A DNA stretch of 64,000 nt. It comes from Anaerolineales bacterium UBA3499 (GTDB taxonomy: Bacteria > Chloroflexota > Anaerolineae > Anaerolineales > UBA11657). Every line of letters starts with the position of its first letter. Within the stretch, counting starts at the first letter, position 1. The stretch is taken from contig DFQC01000051.1 in assembly GCA_002377585.1 (NCBI GenBank), positions 7,211 to 71,210 of the forward strand, given 5' to 3'. Both the position numbers and the translations under genes were made by a program. Below are positions 29,187-38,642 of this stretch, piece by piece. The notes beneath the pieces were generated by a model that saw nothing but the letters and a program-made list of their open reading frames with translations, had not been told where the DNA came from and made no database searches.

Positions 29187-31088
29187 CTACAACAATTCTC
29201 TTGTATCACCGATTCGTAATGTGATGCCCTCACTGTCCATATGTTCCAAAAATCCCAACGCATATTTTCGGCTAGTAGAAAACATATCACGCACCTCAGC
29301 AACAGTAATTGAACCTTTTTGTAAAATATACTTTTTTGTTTCTTCTACCATAAATTCGTAAGTGTCTAACAAAAATAACAAGTCTGGCTCAATAGATACG
29401 AGAATACCTTGGTCTAAAATCACAGCCAGAACATCATCCCCTATCATATTAATGACTTGAGATTTTGAAGGGGTATTATATGGATCATCAACAAACTGAT
29501 TGATTAGGATGTCTACTTGCTGTTTCTGTTGACCCCGCAAAACAACTTCATGTTTTGGCAAACTCACAACAGATGCTTTAATTAACACTTTGCCTAGGTT
29601 AGCCATCTCTATTATTAATACATTGAAGGTATTTGTATCAAGTTTCATGCGACTCTTAAGTTCTTCACGTTGCATACCAGTTCTTAAAGGGTATTTTTGA
29701 TGATATCCGAACAGCTGATCATATACTTGCTTCAATTGATTCTGCCAGGATGCATCGCTAAGTACAAATTGTTTGCTGCCCACTGTAAGCTTGTGATCCT
29801 TATTGCCTAAGACGACAACCTCCCCATTGGAAATCATAGATTTCAGAATTGTAATAGCTTCATTTAATTCCAATCCTGATTCTGTCAATACGCTATTGAC
29901 CGACACTATTCCTCTCGTCTCAAAATACTGAAGCAATATTTCATTTGAAGTTCCATCTGACATAATCTGAAATCTAGACAATGTAGAAGTATCATACAAA
30001 GGGTGTCGAACACTGGGATGTTCATCTAATATCCTGCCACCACCAATAGTATTACCCGGTGAAGGCCGACGTAATATATACCTATCACCTTTCTGTACGA
30101 CTATTTCGCTACTTAAATCTAGTTGTATCCATCCGTTGTCACCCGGCATAATTTTTTCAGATCCAATAATACGTGCACGTGCCATCACTTCCGCCGCTCC
30201 GACAAACAACTTCACTTGTTCATTATGTCTTAGAGGAATCAAATTGTGATCTTCTGCAAGCAGTCGTATTGAAACATCAATCAATTGTGTTGGATAGAAT
30301 TGTCCAGGCCTTGCCACAACTGCACCACGACCAATTTCACTTTTGTTGATCCCTGAAATATTAATAGCAATTCGTATACCAGGTGAAGCAACTTCGATGG
30401 GGGTATTGTAGGTTTGCATACCACGAATACGCCCACACAGCCCTACTGGATAAATTTCGACTTCATCACCCACTTCAAGCATTCCATCCAACAATGTACC
30501 TGTCAAAACTGTTCCAAATCCTGCTAATGTAAACACCCTATCAATATTCAGACGAGGCATATCCTTATCTGATTGTGCCACATGGGAATCAAGACATTCT
30601 ACAAGAACGCGATGTAATTCACTTACATCTTGTGAAACAGCAGTAAAATGCACAAACGGAGCATCGGATAATGTGGTATTACACAGTCTATCTCGTACAT
30701 CATCCTGTACTAATTCGACCCAGTCATAACTTTCAACTAAGTCAGTTTTAGTGATCACGACTACTCCTCTATCAATCTGCAACAAATCCATAATAGCAAT
30801 ATGTTCCTTAGTCTGAGGCATGATGCCTTCATCAGCCGCCACAACAAGTAATACAGCAGCGACGCTACTAACCCCGGCTAACATGTTCCCAATAAAATCA
30901 ACATGTCCTGGAACATCCACAATTCCTACTGTGCCGATCTGAGGCAAATCTATCCAAGCGAATCCCAAATCAATTGTCATCTGACGTTCTTGTTCTTCAA
31001 TCAGTCTGTCAGGATTTATTCCTGTAAGAGCTTCGACCACTGTAGACTTACCATGATCAACGTGACCGGCAGTACAAATTACATGCAT
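29187..31088 (-). CDS. selB: Selenocysteine-specific translation elongation factor
   Basis: TAGHVDHGKS, MTIDLGF, DVPGH, IDRVFTLAGFGTV; C-terminal winged-helix STSRKYALGFLEHMD...GDTR. Confidence 0.95.
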   Translation of the reverse strand: MHVICTAGHVDHGKSTVVEALTGINPDRLIEEQERQMTIDLGFAWIDLPQIGTVGIVDVPGHVDFIGNMLAGVSSVAAVLLVVAADEGIMPQTKEHIAIMDLLQIDRGVVVITKTDLVESYDWVELVQDDVRDRLCNTTLSDAPFVHFTAVSQDVSELHRVLVECLDSHVAQSDKDMPRLNIDRVFTLAGFGTVLTGTLLDGMLEVGDEVEIYPVGLCGRIRGMQTYNTPIEVASPGIRIAINISGINKSEIGRGAVVARPGQFYPTQLIDVSIRLLAEDHNLIPLRHNEQVKLFVGAAEVMARARIIGSEKIMPGDNGWIQLDLSSEIVVQKGDRYILRRPSPGNTIGGGRILDEHPSVRHPLYDTSTLSRFQIMSDGTSNEILLQYFETRGIVSVNSVLTESGLELNEAITILKSMISNGEVVVLGNKDHKLTVGSKQFVLSDASWQNQLKQVYDQLFGYHQKYPLRTGMQREELKSRMKLDTNTFNVLIIEMANLGKVLIKASVVSLPKHEVVLRGQQKQQVDILINQFVDDPYNTPSKSQVINMIGDDVLAVILDQGILVSIEPDLLFLLDTYEFMVEETKKYILQKGSITVAEVRDMFSTSRKYALGFLEHMDSEGITLRIGDTRELL

Positions 31089-31151
31089 ACTATAACTTTT
31101 GGATTACAACTCGATTGGAATGATCACAAGATCATTGTATTTATATTAAAC

Positions 31152-32333
31152 TCAGGGAACTTTCTTGGCAGGTTTTTCATACACTGCTAAGAATTTTCGT
31201 ATTGCAGAAAATATTTCTTTCAGACGATCTTGGTCCATACTCCTCATTTGACTCACAAGACCAATTACTTCTTTTACGTCTTCTTCTATATTTTCCAACC
31301 TTTTTAGGAACTTCTGAGTCACCCGGTCATTCTCTTTCCATTGTTCTACTCTAGTCAACTGATGCTCTGTCCACTGCTGATCGTTTGCTTCTACAAATAC
31401 TTTCCACTCCTCTTTATGACGATCTAATGTATGACGCTGTAGTTCAGTGAAATCAGAGATTTTATTTTCAACATTCATGAAATTGTTGTCAAGATTTGAT
31501 AGCGCGTGTTTCATATCACTATGAGTTTCCCTGAATTCTTCCATGCGCAAGGCAGACTCCTGTATCGTTGTCTCTATTTCTTTAGATTTTTCTTGTAATT
31601 CTGACCACCAACGTTCCCTTTCTGATAGTGCAACCGTTTGCTGCTCAATCCATGTAGATTGTTCCACTTGCCTATCATTTTCCATTGTCACCAAATCATT
31701 AATATGATTGTGGTTACTTAGGTTAACATCCTCGAGTGACTCCAATTTTGGCCTAATTTCATCTAGCAATATTCTCAAGTTATTAAGATCACCCTTAAAG
31801 TCAGAAATTCGTTTACCATCTTGAATACTTCTTTCCTCAACAGTAATTATCTTGTGTTCAACCTGATCCGACATCCTAATAACATTATTTATCGATATTG
31901 TTAACTCGCTCATTTCGCTCCTTAAACGACGAGTTTCTTCATCCCCGATTGACAATTTTTCATCGATATCACGCAATTTACCTAGATTGTCTTGCATATT
32001 ACTAATGGTTTTGTTGACAGCATCCCTGTCAAGTATTCGTAAACGTTCCATCTCAACTTCTGACTTAGTACGAAGCGACTCAATATTTTCCAGGCTGGTA
32101 ATAAAATCTGATCTATTCTTGTCGACAATCTCATCAACTTTGGAAGCAGATTCAGACAACTGCTTAGCCTTCTTAATTTCGGATTCCATCTCAGCAATCC
32201 TGACTAATAATTCCCTATTATGAGCCTCGAATGCGCTAATGCGTTCTCGCAGTTCGACAACAATTTTGCGATCACTGCGCCGTTGTTCATCTAGCCATTC
32301 TATCTTATTGATTATTTGACTTGACTCTTTCAT
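31152..32333 (-). CDS. Hypothetical soluble coiled-coil protein, 393 aa
   Basis: E/K/R/L/Q-rich heptad pattern over nearly the full length; no TM segment, signal peptide or NTPase motif. Confidence 0.8.
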   Translation of the reverse strand: MKESSQIINKIEWLDEQRRSDRKIVVELRERISAFEAHNRELLVRIAEMESEIKKAKQLSESASKVDEIVDKNRSDFITSLENIESLRTKSEVEMERLRILDRDAVNKTISNMQDNLGKLRDIDEKLSIGDEETRRLRSEMSELTISINNVIRMSDQVEHKIITVEERSIQDGKRISDFKGDLNNLRILLDEIRPKLESLEDVNLSNHNHINDLVTMENDRQVEQSTWIEQQTVALSERERWWSELQEKSKEIETTIQESALRMEEFRETHSDMKHALSNLDNNFMNVENKISDFTELQRHTLDRHKEEWKVFVEANDQQWTEHQLTRVEQWKENDRVTQKFLKRLENIEEDVKEVIGLVSQMRSMDQDRLKEIFSAIRKFLAVYEKPAKKVP

Positions 32334-32415
32334 ATTAATTTACAAACCAATGATAGAAAAGATTATATGACAATGCACTCAGCCGAGCAACTATACTACG
32401 ATTAATTAAGTGGCA

Positions 32416-32444
32416 TTGACACCTGCACAAGCGCCCATTATCAT
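32416..32444 (+). promoter_or_regulatory. Sigma70 promoter positioned for leaderless initiation of the first GT4 gene
   Basis: TTGACA, 17 bp spacer, TATCAT, then 6 nt to ATG 32451; no SD. Confidence 0.7.
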
Positions 32445-32450
32445 CATGTT

Positions 32451-33563
32451 ATGCGAATAGCTGTAGATGCAAGACTGACAGACTACTCAGCTGGTGGTAT
32501 CCCAGAGTATATTCAACAACTTTCTACACGCATACCTAAGTTGGACACTCTGAACGAATACTTAGTATTAAATGCAGTTAAAACAAAACAAAGCAACTTT
32601 AATAATCCGGCTGCTAAAATGGTCAAGTGTTGGACACCACCTCATCATGTCCTAGAACGATACAGTCTGACACTCGAGCTCATACCAAGAAACATACATT
32701 TGCTGCACTCACCAGACTTCATACCACCACGTGGAGGGCCGTGGAAATCAGTTATAACAATACACGATTTATCTTTCTTACTGCACCCTAATTTCCTTAC
32801 TCCTCATAGTCAGCAATACTACAACAATCAGATTCAACATGCTGTTCAGCGAGCCGACGCCATATTAGCAGACTCGAATACAACCAGAAATGATATCCTA
32901 GAATACTTAGGTGTAACACCAGATAAAGTGACTACTGTATATTTAGCACCACATGAACGTTATCAACCACAACCAACTCACATAGTAAAATCCACTCTAT
33001 CTCGCCTTAAATTACCAAGTCAATATCTGCTTTTTGTTGGCACATTTGAACCTCGCAAAAACATCAATGGTTTGCTTGAGGCATACTCATCTCTCGTATC
33101 CAAACAACATGACGCGCCACAACTTGTAATGATTGGAAGGCAAGGGTGGCTTCATGAACCAATTGAATCGCTAATACACAAATTAAATCTACAAAAACAA
33201 GTGCAAATCCTGACCAATATTGACGCTCAGGATTTGCCAGCAATATACACTGGAGCAGTAGCACTTCTGTTACCGTCTCACTACGAAGGGTTTGGGTTTC
33301 CAGTGCTAGAATCGATGGCATGTGGAACCGCCACAATTATATCTAACAAAGGCTCATTACCTGAAATAGCTGGAGATGCGTCATTACTCTGTAATCCAAA
33401 CAGTACTGAATCTATAGAAGAAGCAATTTCAATGGTGTTGACAGATTCAAAACTAAAAAGTGAATTGGAACACAAAGGTATTATGCAATCTAATATATTC
33501 ACATGGGAAAAATGCTGCCAACAGACTCTGGACGTATACAATAAAGTACTTCAGTCAACATAA
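32451..33563 (+). CDS. Glycosyltransferase family 4 (MtfB-like)
   Basis: VITIHDL, FVGTFEPRKN, EGFGFPVLESMACG (EX7E). Confidence 0.93.
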   Translation: MRIAVDARLTDYSAGGIPEYIQQLSTRIPKLDTLNEYLVLNAVKTKQSNFNNPAAKMVKCWTPPHHVLERYSLTLELIPRNIHLLHSPDFIPPRGGPWKSVITIHDLSFLLHPNFLTPHSQQYYNNQIQHAVQRADAILADSNTTRNDILEYLGVTPDKVTTVYLAPHERYQPQPTHIVKSTLSRLKLPSQYLLFVGTFEPRKNINGLLEAYSSLVSKQHDAPQLVMIGRQGWLHEPIESLIHKLNLQKQVQILTNIDAQDLPAIYTGAVALLLPSHYEGFGFPVLESMACGTATIISNKGSLPEIAGDASLLCNPNSTESIEEAISMVLTDSKLKSELEHKGIMQSNIFTWEKCCQQTLDVYNKVLQST

Positions 33564-33569
33564 ACGGAT

Positions 33570-34790
33570 ATGAATCTACTTTTTCTAACACCTTCCCTGC
33601 CACATCCAGCCACACAGGGAGCAGATATACGCAATTGGGGAATAATATCTAGTCTATCAAAAAATCATCGGATTTCTTTGGTAACTTTCTCCAACCAATC
33701 TGGTGCTATATCGAAAAATCTGTCTAAATGCTGTTCTACTATTAAAATTACCAAGACTCCAGAAAGAAACATGGTGCAACGTATGTCAACCATGCTTTTA
33801 TCCAGCAAACCTGATATGGCTGTAAGATTATACAGTGCTGAGTATTCCATGAAATTACAAGATGTACTAGCAAATGAAAAAATAGATCTAATACAAATAG
33901 AGGGGCTAGAAATGGCCACCTATCTAACACAAATTTTAGATCATTATCGTAACAAAACTTCTCGGCCTATCATAATATACGATGCTCACAATGCCGAAAC
34001 AGTAATACAAAGACGTGCCATCAAGGCTGATGTATCAAAACCTCAACGTTTGATAAGTGCATTCTATTCGATGGTCCAAGTAAGACGGATAAGAGAATTT
34101 GAGATAGAAACATGTTCCAATTCTGATGCAGTAATATGCGTTTCACATCAAGACTCTTTAGCGCTAAAACAACTTCTTCCTCTACTAGATCCAACAGTAT
34201 TACCAAATGGTATATTTCTATCGGACTATCCAGAATCTATACAACATCCAACGATTATGCCACCGACCTTGGTATTTTCCGGGAAAATGGACTATAGGCC
34301 TAATATAGATGCAGCAGTTTGGTTTGCAAACGAAATTTTTCCATCTATACAAAAACTGCATGATGAAGCTAAATTTATTATTGTCGGTCAGTCACCTACA
34401 AGGCAAGTGTGCAACTTAGTCAACCACCCTGGTATAACAGTAACTGGAACTGTGGAGGACATACGACCATACATCTCTGCAGCCACAGTTTGTGTCGTCC
34501 CGCTACGTATGGGCGGTGGAACAAGATTTAAGATACTAGAAGCGATGGCTTTATCTAAGCCCATCGTCAGTACTACTATAGGCGCAGAAGGATTTCCAAT
34601 CACAAGTGGTAAAGAGATACTAATAGCTGACACTCCTGAAGACATAGTCAGAGCTATTAATTCGCTTTTATGTAGTGAGGACGATCGAGTTGTCTTAGGC
34701 AAAGCAGCTCGCGCATTTGTTAGCAACAAATATCGCTGGCAAACAATTGTTCCAATTGTTGAGAACCTATACAGTCGTAAAATTATGTGA
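33570..34790 (+). CDS. Glycosyltransferase family 4
   Basis: DAHNAE, FSGKMDYRPNIDA, GGGTRFKILEAMA, STTIGAEG. Confidence 0.92.
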   Translation: MNLLFLTPSLPHPATQGADIRNWGIISSLSKNHRISLVTFSNQSGAISKNLSKCCSTIKITKTPERNMVQRMSTMLLSSKPDMAVRLYSAEYSMKLQDVLANEKIDLIQIEGLEMATYLTQILDHYRNKTSRPIIIYDAHNAETVIQRRAIKADVSKPQRLISAFYSMVQVRRIREFEIETCSNSDAVICVSHQDSLALKQLLPLLDPTVLPNGIFLSDYPESIQHPTIMPPTLVFSGKMDYRPNIDAAVWFANEIFPSIQKLHDEAKFIIVGQSPTRQVCNLVNHPGITVTGTVEDIRPYISAATVCVVPLRMGGGTRFKILEAMALSKPIVSTTIGAEGFPITSGKEILIADTPEDIVRAINSLLCSEDDRVVLGKAARAFVSNKYRWQTIVPIVENLYSRKIM

Positions 34791-34796
34791 CACAGT

Positions 34797-36203
34797 TTAC
34801 GCAATAATAATTGCTATATGTTCAAACATAATAGATACCTTCGAATACAACCACTGAGGGACTAAACCCATTATTATCACAAATGCGACTACAAATACAC
34901 TGAAACCAATCCTTCCCGGATTCTCCGAAACTTTTCTATACATTTCACCATTAATTATGCTCGACAAATCAATCATTTCCGATATTATCCTAATATATCC
35001 TACCCAAGCGCACAGACCTGATACTAATAACACTATCGCGTAATCAGGATGTATCCTAGCCAACAGTTGTAATAAAGCAAAGCGAGCAGGAAAACCAGCT
35101 GTAAAAGGCATCGCTGCCAAAGACAAGCCACCTGCTAGCATAACTACAGTCGCAAATGGATTACGTCTAATCTTTAGACGCAAATCTTCTACAGAATTAT
35201 TTGCTCCTAATATAAGCCCTGCTCCAAATCCCCATACGATCAGTGTAATTACACGCGTGCATATAATCATTGCAGCAATGCCTACAGCGTCAGACAATCG
35301 AAGCCCAATTGCCACCAGAGTACAACCCCAATCAATCAGCGAAGAATATCCCATAAGCCCACCGAAACTACGTTGAGATATTACAAATACACCGCCAGTC
35401 AGTATCATCAAAATACCACCAATACGAAGTGCAAAAAAGAATTGTGGATTATTACGCATCCAATCAAATTGAACCAATATATCTATCAAAAAGAAAAACA
35501 TTGCTGCATGCACAACACCTATCATGAATGCAGTGACAATGGGAGCGGATTTCCGCGCCATAATAGGCATCCATGAGTGAAATGGCACAACGGCTGACAG
35601 TATCAGCACTCCAACTCCAAGCATCAACGATGCCTGTGTAAGCAAGATATCATCATCTGGGCGGACTTGATACATCTCCATCTGCCAACCAGCCATTAAG
35701 ATAAATGGTACGCCAATAGAAACAAAAGCCAGATACCTTAATGCCCCAGCAACTTCCGAATATTTGTAATCGACAATCATAAACACACATATAACAGCAC
35801 CAATCTGTATGAAAAGTGCAGCGTAGATAAATGGTTGCACGAACATTATTGCCAAAATGATGGAAACCAGTGATAGCATTACTGGATAGAACAAGATAGT
35901 GACTGAAACCATTGCTCCAACTAAAGCAAAGAGAAACACAGAAACAAAAATAAAGGTTAGTATATGCTTATCACTTGGTAGAATAACGAAAGAACGACCC
36001 AATATCTCCCATGATGACCTGAAATACATATCTCTACCAGCTAGTACAACTAATTGATCAACGGGTGTCTGTTGCACCAACACAAATAATATAAACATTG
36101 CCCCGCACGCTAGTATTGCTTGTACCCAAATCCAGCGTCGCAAGTTATATACAAGCACTCCAACAAGCGCAGGTATGGTCATCATCAACATCGGTAAACT
36201 CAT
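34797..36203 (-). CDS. Antiporter-like proton-conducting membrane subunit (NuoN/MrpD/HyfF-like), divergent
   Basis: About 14 TM segments; PFHSWMP, LMGYSS, PFTAGF motifs of the family. Confidence 0.75.
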   Translation of the reverse strand: MSLPMLMMTIPALVGVLVYNLRRWIWVQAILACGAMFILFVLVQQTPVDQLVVLAGRDMYFRSSWEILGRSFVILPSDKHILTFIFVSVFLFALVGAMVSVTILFYPVMLSLVSIILAIMFVQPFIYAALFIQIGAVICVFMIVDYKYSEVAGALRYLAFVSIGVPFILMAGWQMEMYQVRPDDDILLTQASLMLGVGVLILSAVVPFHSWMPIMARKSAPIVTAFMIGVVHAAMFFFLIDILVQFDWMRNNPQFFFALRIGGILMILTGGVFVISQRSFGGLMGYSSLIDWGCTLVAIGLRLSDAVGIAAMIICTRVITLIVWGFGAGLILGANNSVEDLRLKIRRNPFATVVMLAGGLSLAAMPFTAGFPARFALLQLLARIHPDYAIVLLVSGLCAWVGYIRIISEMIDLSSIINGEMYRKVSENPGRIGFSVFVVAFVIIMGLVPQWLYSKVSIMFEHIAIIIA

Positions 36204-36214
36204 TTACTTGATAC

Positions 36215-36868
36215 CTATTCCTGAGTATTGGTTTTCCAGAGTAATTCTAAGTAACAAACTGTAAGTGCAACTGTAATATCGACTACACCCAACATGCCGA
36301 CCACCATTAAAGACGGTTCTACAGCAGAATACAACAATCCAAAGCCGGTAAACATAACTAGTATACCCAAGCCGATTTTCAACGGCTGTCGAGCTATAGC
36401 TAATAGCAACAATCCTTGAACAACCAACTGTGTTGCTCCCAAGGTTACAGATTGCGAAACTATCGGAAAAGGCAACCTGTCTGCCTCCACCAATTGCCAT
36501 CCTACAAGCCCTACCATAATCACAGCAATAATTCGAAACCTAGTTTGAGCACTAAGCACAAGCCCATAAACTTCATCACTATGATCAGTATAATTCCATC
36601 CTTTTTGTTGAACACAAATGAAAATAAGAGTCCAGACTATGATATACACTATCAGTTTTATGCCGGCAACTTGAGTAGCCAAGACATTAGTAAACAACAA
36701 ACTTGCAAATAGAAACAACACTGCTAAAGCACCTACTACAATTTTTCTGTCATTGACAATCACTAAGATGGGAGCCGTAACAAACACGGCCACAACTGCC
36801 ACATATCCAGACCACAGTGGGATAAGCACTTCAACAATATGAGAGGCACTATTCATGTCATCTACCAA
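36215..36868 (-). CDS. Hypothetical polytopic membrane protein, C-terminus reminiscent of HyfE/NuoK
   Basis: 217 aa, about 6-7 TM segments, between two antiporter-like genes; resemblance judged by eye only. Confidence 0.6.
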   Translation of the reverse strand: MVDDMNSASHIVEVLIPLWSGYVAVVAVFVTAPILVIVNDRKIVVGALAVLFLFASLLFTNVLATQVAGIKLIVYIIVWTLIFICVQQKGWNYTDHSDEVYGLVLSAQTRFRIIAVIMVGLVGWQLVEADRLPFPIVSQSVTLGATQLVVQGLLLLAIARQPLKIGLGILVMFTGFGLLYSAVEPSLMVVGMLGVVDITVALTVCYLELLWKTNTQE

Positions 36869-38507
36869 CCACTAAAAGAATTGCAAATACTATTACTAAC
36901 GACCATAGTATTCCGCCTTGGCCTTCAAGTATATGTGCAAACGCGCGCAGACTTTTACCTAATCCACGATAAATCTTCCAAATTGACAAGTGTAACCACC
37001 GCAGATCAATAACATACCGGAACCCGGATTCAGGTATATCTTTTACCAACGATACAACCATATGTCTGTAATACCACAATACCATAGCAAAACTGGTTGC
37101 AATCACAGAACTGCCCAGAGCAGTAAGTCCGCTCTGGCTTGCCACACTCACCCAGAACTGGGTTATTGGAAATCCCAGTAGCGAAGAGAATTTACTAGGT
37201 GTTATTCCTACTGCTAAACTAGCCAACAATAGCACACATATAGCCATTACCCTTGCAACAACCACAAGAGGTGGCTGACGACTGTTATCAACAAAAGAAG
37301 TATGCAAAACTCGCCATCCACCTAACATAGTCAAGCCGTTAATGAAAATAATCGATGGTATAACAAAAACAGCCCAAACCCAATTATCAATTAATCCCGA
37401 CAACAAAACAAATAGCCCTAAAAATCCTGACGTAAGAGGCTGACAGCCGAATACAAAAAATGTCAGTACTGGCTTGATGTATTTGTTGGCATCTGTCCTA
37501 ATAAGATCGTCAGACACATAAAGTACCATAACTGACAAGACAATAGCTATCATATGCGAATAGACACCAACCAGAGCCCAATCTCCAGCCCACAAAAAAA
37601 TCAATACAGTCAAACTACTTTGAGCCAAAAGTAACGAGTGTAATCTTTCATGATATTTTGTAGCTGTACACCATCTGTATCCCCCTACCAATCCTGATAT
37701 CACAGCAAGCATAGAAAAACCACTACGGAAAGCAACTACATAATTGTGTAACTCAAATGATGCGAGTATATCAACAGCGACAATTAGATTAACCAAACTT
37801 ATAAATGTCACTACAACTTTAGAAGAAGTATGACTAAGTACTAATCCAACATTAACTGGATAGATATTGATGCGCAGGATGGCAACTATAATGAGCATAG
37901 AAGCATGCTCATTTGACAATAATTGACTAGTAGTTTGTACAGACGTATAGTCTCCTAGCGCGACCAGGAGCACAAGACCTATCGTCAACACATTGATACC
38001 AAAACGCACAATTTCCGGCGCTTGTACATTATTTTTGATATCGGGGGACAAGTAGCTTCCATGCTTAGAAACAAACGCAAACAAACAACTGCATAGATCC
38101 AAAACTATCAAAGCCAACACAAGTGTTATTAAGTTATCAGAAAACATAGCCAAGAAAGCCAAAGCTACCATCATTAGACAAACAGCTCTTTCTTGTGACG
38201 AAATTTTAAAATGCTCTGAAAGACTATTGAAAAGCAAACATATTAGAGCCACAACTAACAATAAAGCAAGATACCACGAGGCCTTATCAATAGTGAGACT
38301 CAAAGGGTGTAAAAACACATTTTGTGTTTGCCACGGCGACAACACTACAGTAGCTGGAAGTCTGTAACCCAGCAACAAAGTTGCAAAAAGCGCACCACCA
38401 ATTGCTATCGAACTAGTAAATCCGTAAAAACCATAAGGCCTATTGCTTCCAATCACCATAGCAATTGCACCGATAGACAAAAACAATATTGGCGTAAATG
38501 GATCCAT
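36858..38507 (-). CDS. Highly divergent antiporter-like membrane subunit (NuoL/MrpA/HyfB-like)
   Basis: About 14-16 TM segments; SDNLITL, LRINIYP, QPLTSGF correspond to family motifs; C-terminal EGQGGILWSL. Confidence 0.65.
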   Translation of the reverse strand: MDPFTPILFLSIGAIAMVIGSNRPYGFYGFTSSIAIGGALFATLLLGYRLPATVVLSPWQTQNVFLHPLSLTIDKASWYLALLLVVALICLLFNSLSEHFKISSQERAVCLMMVALAFLAMFSDNLITLVLALIVLDLCSCLFAFVSKHGSYLSPDIKNNVQAPEIVRFGINVLTIGLVLLVALGDYTSVQTTSQLLSNEHASMLIIVAILRINIYPVNVGLVLSHTSSKVVVTFISLVNLIVAVDILASFELHNYVVAFRSGFSMLAVISGLVGGYRWCTATKYHERLHSLLLAQSSLTVLIFLWAGDWALVGVYSHMIAIVLSVMVLYVSDDLIRTDANKYIKPVLTFFVFGCQPLTSGFLGLFVLLSGLIDNWVWAVFVIPSIIFINGLTMLGGWRVLHTSFVDNSRQPPLVVVARVMAICVLLLASLAVGITPSKFSSLLGFPITQFWVSVASQSGLTALGSSVIATSFAMVLWYYRHMVVSLVKDIPESGFRYVIDLRWLHLSIWKIYRGLGKSLRAFAHILEGQGGILWSLVIVFAILLVVGR

Positions 38508-38518
38508 AAGAGCTCGCG

Positions 38519-38527
38519 ATTATATCA
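38519..38527 (-). promoter_or_regulatory. Extended -10 promoter for the three-gene membrane module
   Basis: TGaTATAAT 11 nt upstream of ATG 38507; no SD. Confidence 0.55.
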
Positions 38528-38642
38528 TCAGCTTCGCCTAACTACCTTATTTAAACTAACATAACTTTATAATACATATATTATGTGTATAATTCCAACA
38601 TATTAGATACGGTTTATTGATAGAAAAATATGGAGGCCCAAC

